Shown: piece after piece, positions 40,050 through 52,900 of the stretch
Position numbering within the stretch: the first letter of the stretch is position 1
Layout of the letters: each line of letters opens with the position of its first letter
Assembly: GCA_009103225.1 (NCBI GenBank)
Contig: RHPI01000140.1
Span: 150,057 to 214,056, forward strand
Reading direction: 5' to 3'
Length of the DNA stretch: 64,000 nt
DNA from: Chlorokybus atmophyticus
Lineage: Eukaryota; Plantae; Mesostigma and Chlorokybus algae
Position numbers and translations under genes: made by a program
The notes under the pieces: model-generated
Told to the model about the DNA's origin: nothing
What the model saw: only the letters and a program-made list of their open reading frames with translations
Databases searched by the model: none

Positions 40050-41987
40050 GGGCAGCAGGGCTATTCTTTGAGACACATTTGTGTCCAACTGATTCATGTA
40101 CAATTTTTATATGCATTATTACGTGCATTCACAGATAGCGCGCTGTCGCGGTTGTTATAGTAGCTGACTTCGCTCGGGCTGTACATCAATCCGTGCTTGA
40201 TGCCATAGATAACATATTCAGTTTGTATAGCTTCTGTGTAGACGCTGCTTGTCCTGCCAACTTCCATGTGAGTAAATTATATCACTGGTGTGTTCCATGT
40301 GATGTGATCACCACAGCAGACTCTGCATCGGTTCGGATGCCGGTGGCACAAGTAACGCAGTGCCTACAGTTACGCAGTGCCAAGACTAGCACACAAGGGT
40401 CCAAATCACAATGCATTAGACACTTCTCCACGAGCTGCATTACATGCATGGACGCCATATGTCCGCTCCGACAGTATCTATACAAGCAACGCATGCGCAT
40501 AGGTAGCCCAGTGGTTTTGTGTGTGGTAACAAGGTATGCGGTGTGTTGCACGCATGGTGTAATCTGAATGTGCAATCCCCTTCCTCATTTACTGCACACA
40601 TTGCACGTACGTGCACGCATGCACATTCGCGCAATCGCGCAGACAGCAGCCCCAATCTTGTTAAAACAGGGGCAGAGCTTAGCTACGCTTGTGTCAACAG
40701 TTATGCATGCAATGGACGAAGAAGAAGCAGACGCAGTATTTAAAGGGGCAAAAGCAAGCAGATTCGTAACATTAGGGGCAATTGCTGAAGGTGGACACAA
40801 CGCAAACAACCATGACCTGTTTGACGCATTAATTTTTTCAGGACGTTCTTGTACATGTACGTCACTTAAGAATGGCATTATATTATTGATGTAAGGTGTT
40901 GCAATTTGAGTCTGAACATATACTCATATTGCATATGTTGTCGACCTAGCAGAACGTAATATGCAATAAGACAAATATGTAGTGCATGTTATGCGTGCTT
41001 AACCTTAAACTTGGCCCGAAACCATGATTTTCCACTTCGTTTGCAAGTGTAATGCATGATTGAGGCTGAATTTACTTAGCTACAGCTTTTCATCAATGAT
41101 GCTGAGACCACCTCGATGTACAAATATAGCAGCGTCATCAATTTACACATGCAGTCACGTATGATGTGCAAGAATCCTATTAATGATGTTGAATTGGCAT
41201 ATGATAGTTATAATGTCTGCAATGCAATGACACAAGCGTTGACCGCCAAGTTCAAAAATTTCGCAATGTGCTGCATATGTTCAATGTATATAGTAATAAT
41301 GTACAAAAATGTGTCGCTGATTATAACACATCGTTTTATCTTGAACATTGATTATCAAGTTTGATCGAGACAGTGGCATATAGTCAATGCACTCGCTGCC
41401 GACTCCCATTTAACAAAATATAGTATTAAAACATTGCGTATCATCTTCAAAAGCATGTGATATTGGCAAGGCAAGGGGATGGCCTACCCAGACCGATGAA
41501 ATCTCTGGATGTTGCGAACCGTATTGTGGCACAGTAAAAGCAGAGCTGATCGTGGCTTACTGTCATGGTGATGTTGCGACACTCATGCATGGTTGGAAGG
41601 CTTATGCATGCAGCACTGCTGGACAGCAGCACGAGTGTCCTGGGCAGTGACATGGACAGCAGCTTGATGCCATCAACGCGTCACGGTTGTAGCGTCTTCT
41701 TCTAGTGCCGTAACGCGTGACGCATCCTCCACGGCAGCATATTCGGCCGATCTCCGATGCTGACTCGGACACTCTGCCACCGATCTCCCCTTGCCGTCAG
41801 CTCAGGATGCCCGCGTGCCCATATCCCCTCTTGCCGCACAGTGCGCGACCCCCTCACTTAGGAAAGCTTCACACTTGACTTGTGCGCTACAAACTGTCCC
41901 TGCGTGTTGGTATATATAGTTGAGAGCTGCCATATCTGGGGTTACTGTGTGCATAGTTGCCTCGGAAGTGTAGTCGTTGGTGGCATC

Positions 41988-43047
41988 ATGGCTCGCATCG
42001 CTATCCTCGCTGTCTTGCTGTTGGCGACCACTGTTGCCGCTCGGGAGCTGAACCACGAGCTGGACTGGCACCCATGCGGTGAGTCTAACTTCGTCCCCCT
42101 CTCTTCTCTTGTGTCACTTGGTTGTAACCAGTCAGTAACAACTTTAGGCATGGCTTGCATTGTAATATGCACCTTGGTTGGGTTGATGTGTTGACAAGTT
42201 TGAGCGGGCGAGCTTTGGTGCACGCATGCATGCATGCGCATATGCACGATTCACAACCGGTTGACTAGTGCAAGGCCTGAGTGGTAACAAGCACACACAT
42301 TTCTTCCTGCAGGTGAGGCCGACTGGAAGGTCAAGCATGTTGCCATCAAGCCCTACCCCGTGCCCCGCGCAGAGAACTTTACAGCTTACTGGAACGCTGT
42401 GGCTGGTAAGCCCCTCATTGACTCTTACACGAGTTTGCGCCCGTCTGTGTCTGAGGCAGAGCGAGCAGTATGCTGTGTGTGTGACACCTTTTTCTTTTGT
42501 CAGACCGTGGTGTGGAGAAGGGTGGTGAGGTGACAGTCCGCGTGGAGTTCCACAACGTGCCGGTAAAGTCCGACACCATTAAGCTGCAGGACTTCCAAGG
42601 CATTGACCTCCCCGTCAAGGCCGGCCAGAACGTCGAGTTCAGCCACACCATCAAGCTCCCCGCTGTCTCCATCCCCGTAAGTGCACACACTATCCCTCTT
42701 TCCCCCGTTGTGTTGTCCATGTCTGCGTGTGCGTGTGCGTCCGTGCGTGCACACAGACTGGCACACGCATGCATGCATGCATGCATACGGGATACTTGCT
42801 CAAGTGTGCGGCCCTGAGCATGCATACGGGTTTTTATTTTTATAAAGCACCATGCATCTGTGCGATTGCATCCTTGCAGCCCTTTTCTAACCCCCCACTC
42901 TTCACTATACAGGGCAAGTACACCCTCCACATCGACGGTAAGACCGAGGACCGTCCCGATGTGACGCTTTTCTGCGTGGAGGCTGACTTCGACGTCGTGA
43001 GCAAGTCGTACTCTTGGGGCGATCTGCTCGCTTGGGCTCAGGAGTAA
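41988..43047 (+). CDS. ML-domain (MD-2/NPC2-like) lipid-binding protein with signal peptide
   Basis: MARIAILAVLLLATTVAA; W.PC..KVKHVAIKPYPV; LPVKAGQNVEFSHTIKLPAVSIPGKYTLHI..LFCVEADF. Confidence 0.82.
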
Positions 43048-44465
43048 ACGTGGTGCCAAGAAATGTGTGTATAGTAAGTAGCAATAAGCTGAGTCATTGA
43101 CGCTGGCGTTTCCCGCCCTGTCAAGGGCACCTTGTGTACTTGCAGAGCTGCGAACTTTTTGTAACATGTTTTTGTAATGTAGTAAGCAATAAGTGTCCTA
43201 GTCGTGTGCCCTTTGGTGCTTGGTCCCCGTGCCGATCTGTGCATGTTTACTTATCAACTGAGTGTCCGTGTGCTGTCATGTAGGCTCGAGAGCTGTAACT
43301 TCGCATTGCACAACTGACATTGTTGTGTGATGACTTTATCAACGTCCTCCGTACCGTAATATTGATACTCCCCTGCCTCTCACAATTCTGAACGTTTGAC
43401 GGATCGTGAGCATAGCTGATTTGGTGGCGCATAGCACAGCAATGCTGATGCGTATGATTGCACTCGTAGTTTTGTTACAAGCCCATGTGCAGCAAGCAGT
43501 TATTAACACTGCACAAGCATGCGACAGATAGTTACTAGGTTGAGTATGTCAAGAAGTTCTGCCACAACAGCGAGGCAGCGAAAGCTGAGCGTCTATTCAG
43601 ACGTGCTGGTGGCTGATCAGTTTGCAGCACATATGGTGTTGAAACTGTTGCTCTTTGTTTGTGGGATACGTGAAATATTGTGTTTTGAACGAGAGATCAG
43701 TTTTAATTAGGGGAGGTTGTGGCAATACATACCCCTCGCAGTTTCTGTACGTTGTACTAAGTCAGGCTTCAATGACGGGAAGTAGTACCACCTGGGGTAA
43801 CATCCTCACCCAACCCTTTGTTACGCGTGGGCTGGTTGACGGTAAACGCTCACAGGGTGGTAGCTGCAATGCTTGCCTGGCCTGCTGCAGTGATAATACA
43901 CTGTCTCTTGTGTTGAGGTGTTGTGACCGTCACAATAGTATGCTTGCTGCATGGGGGCCGTGCATGTCGGCAGTAGCTGCCTACCCAGTATACACTATTA
44001 CTGAGAGTGCTTGCTGCATTGCTTGTAATCAGCGCAACTGTGGATTGGCAGGGAACGACAGGATAACAACGCTCGCCAGCTTGAGCAGCTCCTCCTGTAG
44101 CTCACGCTCATCATGCCACCGCCACCGCCGCCGCCGCTGCAGCAGCAGCAGTAGCAGTAGCACAGCACCATTGAGCTAAGCAAGACAACAATGACAAGTT
44201 GTCACGCCCCAGTGACATACATACCTGCCACGCTGCATGCAGTCGTGACGTAGACGTTGTGCGGCGTCATGTTGGCGGACGTGGTCATCGTTATCGTCGT
44301 TGTGGTCGTCGCTGTGGTTGTCATCGACATCGTGGTCAACTCTATCCGCCGGCACGCCGGCCAACCGAGCTAAGCTGCTAGCGCGGCTGTGCTTATGCGG
44401 AAGTCAGGCGCTGGCCTGGTAGCAGGCTAGCAGGCCGCTGGTAACATAGCCTGAAGCTTGTCGTT

Positions 44466-46036
44466 ATGGGGGAGGTTCAAATCATCGCTGCCATGGCCGC
44501 CGCCGACTCTCCCATGCTGGAGCCTGAGCCTGACGACGTCCAGGAGGAGATGACGGTGAAGCTGCTGGCAGGCCTTGACGTCTCGGACATCGAGGCTCAG
44601 GCTGAGGCTGCCGCAAGCAGATGCATGCTGCCAGAGACGGGTGTGCACACCGTTGTGGTGGCTGTGGACGGCTCCGCCGCCGCCAGCAATGCTCTCAGGT
44701 TGACCAGTGTGGTGAGGATGACTGAAGCATGGCATGCTTGACGAAGTGCTTTGGTTCTCACGTTGTTTGCTTACTGATGTTTGCTCACTTGTGGTGGACC
44801 CTAACCCACCACAGTGTAAACGACACAGAGCTAGCAGAGTGCATGCATGCTTGCGGCGAGCTCAGATTCTGTATGAAACTTTGCACTGCTGTTTTGAAAA
44901 TGTATATATGATTGTGTGCAGGTTGCTCAAGGGTGTGCATGCATGCATGTGTGCTTGCGGCCATGCATGTGTGACACTCGGTGTGCATGCCAGCCAAGTC
45001 TTCCGTCTGTTGGTTGGGAAGTCAAAAGGTCAGGACTCTTATTAACGAGTTAGGCTGGTGGTAGTTGCTGATCAAGCAAACGCATGCCTTCGCAGTTTTG
45101 CACTCAACCACATCCTGCACGCTGGCGACAAGGTGGTGCTGGTCCATGCCGTTGAGGACCTCCACAACATCGTGCCCTTCAAATGGCACGAGCTCCACCC
45201 CAAGCGTAAGACTTGTGTAGATTAGTGTCTTGAGTGAACCTCTGCATGATCTCTGCGCGTTGTTATCAGGGCCACTATACTCAGTGAAGTCATGACCGAA
45301 GTTCACTTGCCAGGCACACATGCAAAGCGGCAAGCAGTTCTTGATGAGATAGCGGAACAGATTGGCAGAGACGTTGCGACTGCGGCTGCCAGTCAACTGC
45401 AGACAGCGCAGGTGAGTCATGACAAGCCAATAGCAGCCACATTTTCAAGAGTGGTTAGTTGGATTAAATGATACTCAGGGATGCTGATTGCCTTGCACAT
45501 GACCAACTTTTGCTTTGCCCCACATGTTGGGTTTGGACAGCTTTAGCATGCAGCGATGTGTCCCGTTTGCTGGCAGGTGCTTCATGACTACCAAATACAT
45601 GTCGCGAGTGGCGATCCTCGCCAAGTTATTGTAGACGCGTGCAAGGCGGTGCACGCCACGCTGCTGGTTATGGGCACCAGAGGCAGAGGGACACTCTCCA
45701 GGCATGTGCTTCTCATGTAAACATGACGTTCAGTTGAGATGAGAGCACTTAGCTTGAAGGCTGCAAGTTTACACTTGCAGACGCTGCAAGTGCAAACTTG
45801 CAGCCTTGAGCTGGATGGTTAAGTCCTCATTTCTCACTTGGTGCTCATGACTTGTAGACAATCAGTCCGCGTGTTATGGTAACCCACAGTGAAGAACTGT
45901 TTCCCTCGGCAGGATTTTGCTGGGCAGTGCGAGCGACTACTGCTTGCATCACTGCCCTTGTTCAGTGCTTATTGCAAAAGACAAGGACGCACACCACGAC
46001 CGTCCAGACACTCCTACTCCCGTGTGCTGTCGGTAG
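44466..46036 (+). CDS. universal stress protein (UspA domain)
   Basis: VVVAVDGSAAASNALRFAL..GDKVVLVH; GDPRQVIVDACK..LLVMGTRGRG..RILLGSASDYCLHHCPCSVLI. Confidence 0.93.
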
Positions 46037-48342
46037 CAAAACATGGACCTGTTGCGCCAGGAGTACAGATAATGGATTGCCGCACTAAGGTGCTTAGATG
46101 TAACCCTTGTACATGTATGCTCTAGAGGTGTAGTGCAACACTTAAGGTTTGCGTGTATGTGCCATGTGTCATGTAACATAGACTATCTCGTTGCGTTGGT
46201 CGCACATGATCACTTGTTGTACTAGCAAAACCTTTGTTGTAAGAGCGCATGACGGATGAAGCAGATGAAGCAGCATTAAGACCAGACCCAGCACATCGAC
46301 ATTGCATAGCCGCAACATTGCATGCCAATCATGCGAAACGCCTGCACACTATGGGCATGTAGTGCAGCATACTCTGCCAGCAAGAGTTGACCGAGTGTAC
46401 AAAGATTGTATGCCATATGTGTACAGTTGGGGCACTGCAAGGGTTGCTGCAAGGGCACTCTGTACCAAGTCATGGCCATGGGCTACAAATGGTTTGGAGG
46501 TAGGGTGTAGCTCTCCAGCACGCTCTCTCATACACTAACAGCATCATCGTCACACCAAGCTACGTACTGTCAACCCTGCCTATCACTGCACAAGCATACT
46601 CACACGCATGCCAGCGGCATGCAAGCACGCCTACACAACTACACTGCCGCAGCTGCCAGCACAGCGTCCGCTTCAGCCGTTGGCGCCGCCGTCTGGACCG
46701 GGCCCCCAGCCTGGTACTGCCGCAGCTGCCAGCACGCTGCATGCTAGTGTAGCAGCACAGGTCATGAAGCCCAGTCCGACAATGAGCATGACTTCCCTGG
46801 TGGATTGATCGCAGGTTTTCCGTGCAGCCAGCTGTCAATAGCGATACATACGCGCGGACGCACACTTCAGTACAGTAGTGTGTACGCAGTGTCTCTGGCT
46901 ATGCTGTTGGCTGTAGTTGTGATGTGTGTTTAGGCATGGACACGTTCCGGACCCTCACGCGCGCTTGCTTTCAATATACGAGTTGTTCAAAGTAGACTGT
47001 ACTGCGTGTGTGGGGTGCAGTGCAGTCACGAGACACATCAATTACTATATGCCAACGGACAACAACAAACACTACTTGTAAGAAGGATAAGCACACAGCA
47101 GGGCAACAAATATGACATGCAAGCTTGCGATATGGATTGGCAAGTCCGCTGTGCAGCAGCGTGGTCGGCACGGCGACGTGGGCAGGCGTGACGTGGGACG
47201 TGATGCATGGGCGAGTGTGATGTGCGTGACGCTGGCCGTCATATAGACTGTGCAGGTGCTGTGTGATGTGCGTCATGTGCATGTGTGTGACCATTGTTGA
47301 GGTAGAGCAGCATTACGTGTTACACGACCCATGTACATAGTTTTTCTTCTTCATATAGTGTACGTGGTAGTTAACTTCACTCCACATGCAAGCAAGCGTA
47401 CAGAAAATGCAAGTGATCATGATACATGCAACATGCATGACACATGCATTGCTCACCAAGCTCATCATCATGCAATGATTATTTACCACCGGGGTCTACC
47501 TACGCTAGCCACACATAACTATTGTAACTACTGCCTTCAACCCCATCAGACATACATGAATGCATTTGCTCATTACCTGCGCGCGTGTGCAGTCAGTTAG
47601 TCTTGCAGTCCTTTGCAGCAGCCAGGAGCATGAGCAGCCGACGGACTCCCACTCCCCCTCTCCCGTTGTGCAAGCCCCGGTATCTGCCTACCAGACGTAC
47701 TAGTCGTATACTCAGAACTTTGGCACATGACATGAGATTCAGGGGGGTCTTCAGGGGACTCGTCGACTGGTCCCACCAGCACACTATTTGAGCGTTGCTG
47801 TATACTTCAGCTTTGTTGCCCATACAATTACCTTTCACATTGTTTGTGCATTGCCAACATGTTGCGTGCAGGCAAGGTGTTCCAAATGAAGACCGTGCAA
47901 TTGTCACCAGTGTCTTGAGACACAGCAAGTTGTTGCAAAAGGTGAACAACTTGACCCTACAAGCGCACACACCCTTGCAGAGTGGGCGACATTAACAGTG
48001 CTTGAGTAGCAAATTCACTAAGCAGCCCTTGTTAACGCACCTGGCAATGGAACAGCCCTGGACAGCATTGCGAACCAGCAACCACGTAAGCTCTCATCAG
48101 GCAGTTCCCGCAATAAAACAGCACCAATGTGACATACCAATCAGAAAAGTCAAAACAGCACAAGTTCTGGCCTCCACGGCAGCTGTTACGATATGTAGCA
48201 TCCTTTCAGAATAGTCTTGCAAGTGATGCCAAACACTGGTTGTTTCACTTCACAGTAACTGTTGCCCTGTCCACAAGTACAGGTATAGTCCCCAACTTCC
48301 CCCCTACGCAGCCACCACATATTACACTTCTGGATTGACACA

Positions 48343-49266
48343 CTACTCGTCGTCCTTCACAACAGGTGATATCTTGCCTTGCGCAAGCTCAGCATAGTAC
48401 TCCTGCATGAACAATATGCTGTCAGAGTTTCAGTAATCTGCACAACATAAGCTGCTGGTGGCAGACAGCAAGCGTTAACCCCGCACAGTTCTGTTCAATA
48501 TGTGCATGGCAGAAGCAAAACTGCATCTGCCATGCACACATATGCGCCAGTAACACGCGCATGTTTGTTGCAGCCTGCGCAAATGCGCAAACAATGCTAA
48601 GTGAACAGATCGCAAGCTGTTTTGTCTCAGTCATACTTGAATGTTGCGCCTCATATTCCAGTGGTACATCTTCCAGATGGCGCCGCCGATGAGCCCGAGC
48701 GTCAGACCGGCAACGAGCTCCTTCCACAAAGAGATGCTCTCTCTGCGGGCCGCTGCGGCCGCCAAAGCAGACCTGTGCGCCTCCTGCTGAACACGATTAG
48801 AGCAACCCATGACTGCCAAAGGCAAAAACCTGAACCTAGATTTCAAACGCAATTCAAGATCAAAGCAAAGTGTGCAGCGAACAGACACAAAGAAAGGCTT
48901 TAGGAGAATTGTTTCAAAAAGCATTTAAATGCACAAATGCAAAGAGATCGATTAACAAGTCAAACAATAACGACACAGGCTGCTACACTGCTGATTTGCG
49001 CCGGTGTTTACAAGGTGCGGAGAACGAAGGAATGCCAACAATGCATTGCAGGAACAACATGAGTATGCACAGAGTGCTGGAAATGCTTGGAACCAGTCGT
49101 GGTATTCTCAACAGATTGTAACAGCCACCACCTCGGGACTGAGGTTCGGAGTGGCGTTGGCCTCCGCAATGGAGGTGGCCATGCTGCGGGATGGCGCCCG
49201 AGCTGCCTGACCAGCTGCCGCCTGCCGCCTCAGGGCGGCAGCCGCCTGCCTCACGACACCGTTCAT
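48343..49266 (-). CDS. COX5C: plant-type cytochrome c oxidase subunit 5C with an apparent N-terminal presequence
   Basis: SLWKELVAGLTLGLIGGAIWKMYHWNMRRNIQ|EYYAELAQGKISPVV resembles plant COX5C (SVVKE..IGL.LG..AGG.WKMHHWN..). An upstream exon at 49266-49132 gives MNGVVRQAAAALRRQ..RSMATS and splices in phase 0. Confidence 0.8.
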
Positions 49267-49948
49267 GACTAGACTGCTGACTTGCGCTCCCGCTCACCAG
49301 GACAATTCCACCCACGCCTGCAAGGCGATTACGCCCACCAGCACCACCAGCACCAGCACCACCGCCTCAGCCTAGCCCGCCAGGTGGCCCAACACTTTAG
49401 GGTTTTGAGCCAGATATCGACGCTGGGTAGATAGCAGCATTTGCGACAGATAACGAGACGATTGTTGGCGTCCTGACATGGATCACCGCCACCGCTAACT
49501 GTGAGAGCTCCCATTGGGATTAGTCGATCGGGATCGGCATCACATGAGGCAGCTGCGGCGGTTTAGCCTTGCCGGCGTTGTGTTTGCCAGGCAAGGCTAA
49601 GGCCAGTGGCCAGGCCAGGCCGTTCAAGGCTGGGCGGAGCAGCTACCAAACCAGAAACGGTAGAGCGGTAGGGTGAAGAACCAGCAGAAGCAGCTGCTGA
49701 AAGCTGCAACCCAGTTGGACGGCTCGAACGTGAGGTTAAACGCTGGCTTTGTGGCGGTTGGTAGGCGGTTGCCGGCCTGATCACGTCACGCCAGACCAGG
49801 CCAGGCCAGGCCAGGCCCGAGGCGATGAGAGTTAGGGTTTTATCAACTTACTCCGTAGTATGCTGCTATAGAGACAAAAGCTCAAGTTGCAGAAGATTCA
49901 GCCTTGTAGTCTGCAGTTGCAGAAGCAGCACAAGTGTAGCTGCACCGA

Positions 49949-52900
49949 ATGTGGTTCACAAGGCGGCTCTGCGCTCAGGTTTGTTTGTTAAACACACAAG
50001 TTACGCAAGGTTTGTTTGTTGATTCTTGCTATATCAACCTTCTTTTGACGATGGACCAAGCTTCTTTTTCTGATTGCGACTTGTCGCTGTCGTGTGTCAA
50101 AAGCTTGAGTAGCAGCAAGCCAGCTGTCCCTGCTGCTACATCAAGCATGAATGAACTCAATTGTGGCTGGCGTATTGTGTTTCACAGGCGTTTCTGTGCT
50201 GCCTGGTGTGCTATGGCGCCTCCATGTTCCTTGTCAGCGCACCGCACCTCCTTGGCCAGCAATCAGGTAATAAGCTCGTTGCAATGAGAACATGACGGTG
50301 GTTAGGCAAGTTTCGTGTGTAATACATTCATGCTTCATCAAACGATTGCGATCTCAGGCAACATTGCATTCTTGTCATGTGGGCGTAATCTTAGTATTGA
50401 CACCAGTCACACAAGAGATCTCGACACACACTTTTCTCGTCACAAGCGTCATGGTTGTATGTAACCATACGATGCCATGATGCAGCTTGAGTTGAGTACA
50501 CCAGCACCGACGTACATGACAATACGGACTCTCTCTCACACATAGCAGGTTCAGCTTTGGCAATTAAGGGCACGTTGGGTGATGTCGATTCAGCAATTCG
50601 CATCTCACATGCAGGTAAACCCCTTCAAACCACAATCAAATCATATCCATCGTTGTTCACAAGCCATACACTTGCACCACTTACGCTTTGCACAGCTGCA
50701 GAGTCAGCAGTGTTGAGAAAGGTGCAGCACAAGCAGCGCGCAAGGGCGGAGAAGAGGCTGGCAGCAGTGGATTTGGAGAGGCGGCTGCATTCATCTTTGG
50801 ACAGCGATGCCGAACGTGATGATGCGGCTGAAGCGGTGGTGCGGAGGAAACCGCGGCGGATATCAACATATATGGAGTCCGTTGCTGACTCGGATAGGGA
50901 GCATAAGAGGAACGGGCACGCTGCGGGGAAGCTTGGAAGAGGTGAGAGTGTGCTAATGCCGATCCATAATGCAACTACTTTTTAGCTTCATAGTGCAGCT
51001 GTACAGCGGTACATGTCATGTCAAAATGACGCTGCATGCGATGTTATGTTAACATGGAATCTGGAGCGCGCACATTGGAGCCTAGTTGGTTGGTACGGTC
51101 GTCAGTGTAAATCTATGACTGCCTGACCCTGTCCATTACCTTGGAGGAACTGATGGCATGTTATGGCCTTTGTGCATGCACACAGATGTTAGTAGTTGTT
51201 CAACAACCTGTGTTGTCCCCGTAACAAGCCTTGTAACACGTGATCAGCACTGACCGCTTACAATGTCTCCAAGGTCTGAGCTGACCTTGTGGCATGCTGC
51301 ATGTATGCGCAGGTGCTGAGATCTACGGCATCGAGCCTCGTTTCTACCCACGCTGCGGCGGAGTACTGGCAATAATAAGGGGTCGCTTTGAGGTTCCTGG
51401 CGTGAAGTACGTGGCCACGATTGGTGGCGTACCTTGTACGGTAAGGTCATACAAGGTTTCACAAGTTCAGCCTGTCAGTAGGCTATAAGGCCATATCCCA
51501 CAACGATACTGTCATACCATCATGAAGCGCCCATGCAAAATCGTACACCTTTAACGCATCATATGTGAAGAGCACTGTGACACTGCTGTATGCAGTATAA
51601 GTTCCATGCTTCACACATGACAATGTAATCATGCAGGCCACGCGCCGTATGAGTGCGTGCGCACTGCATTGTGTGCTGCCGCGTGGCAGTGGTGCAAACT
51701 TGCCCGTTGAAGCGCATGTGTGTGGATGCTCCAGGTGAGAAGTGATAGGTAGCATGCTTGTGTTGCTGAACTCTGGACATGCTTGTGCGGATGACATAAC
51801 AGTACTTCTGTGCACAGACGTGCGCGTGAGTTATTAGACGATGATGAAACCGATGGTGACAACAGCGGAGAAACAACCGAGTTCAAGTCGCCGACCGTGC
51901 TCTTCTCTTACACGGGTGAGTAAAGAGCAATACGCATCAAGCTCTTGTGCAGTGAGCTGAAGAAGCCTGTTGTCCAATGTTGACTCTTGTTCATCTAACA
52001 GAGGACTTGTTGGAAACGGCTGTACGTGGCGTGTGGGACATGCGCTCTTTCCGCTCTATTCCAACTGAATCGGAAGGTAGGCCTTGACAACAACAACGCT
52101 CATCAACATGGTCGATGCTATCGTCATAACCATCAATGTCAACCATGCATGTGTTGTGATTAGCAGCATCTTAGGGCATCATACAGTGTACCGCGTCGCT
52201 CACCTCAAGCATTATAAACTGCGTCCACAAGTCAATTGGATCTGGTCAACTGCTCGTGCTGCCTGAAGTACATCACATGTAGAGTATGTCAACAACCATA
52301 TTGAAGTCAGCTTGCGGCCTGTTTGTTGCAACAGGAGTGGATGATCCGTCGCACGGACAGTGCGCCGTGGTTGGGCACAGTGGGTCTCTGGTGGGCGGTG
52401 GTCTTGCGTCTGAGATTGATGGCGCAGACGCCGTCTTTCGCTTTGATGGAGCGCCAAGCGGGAGCGCATTCTCCAAATGGGTCGGGAGAAAAACAACCTA
52501 CCAGGTAGGTTTGACTGTTCAGGAGCTGCTTACACCTACTTGACACGTCTCACAACGGAGCCTTCACTACCGTTGTAATGTGTTGTAGCTTGTCTTACAG
52601 TAGCATGATTCTGTTTACCAACACGTGCGTGGCACGTGGGCGAGCGCAACGCTAGGTCAACTGACATGCATACAAGCGCACAGATACCTGTATAGTCCAA
52701 GTCAGGATGAGATGCACTAAGTGACAAGTGGCTGTTGTTTGTCAACAGGTTTTGGGGCCCTGGTGGGCTGATTCACTTGCCAAGCATGTACGGGACGCTC
52801 CTGTTGCAGCTGCAATCACGACAGTTAGCAGTAACAGCACAAACACGGGCATTGCGGAGGATGACAGTGAAGGCGCCGATGACAGCGACGAGGCGGAAGA

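Noticed and set aside
40568-40894. ORF MDEEEADAVFKGAKASRFV..
   Set aside because: Isolated, in AT-rich DNA, with no family match; probably a transposon relic or chance.
43500-44370. Possible small minus-strand gene upstream of USP (Thr-rich or Asp/His-rich frames)
   Set aside because: No consistent spliced frame or homology could be built.
46600-47800. Low-complexity ORFs (PQLPAQRPLQP.., DESPEDPPES..)
   Set aside because: No recognisable domain or consistent exon chain.
49786-49816. (CCAGG)n pentamer run
   Set aside because: Short simple repeat with no evidence of function.
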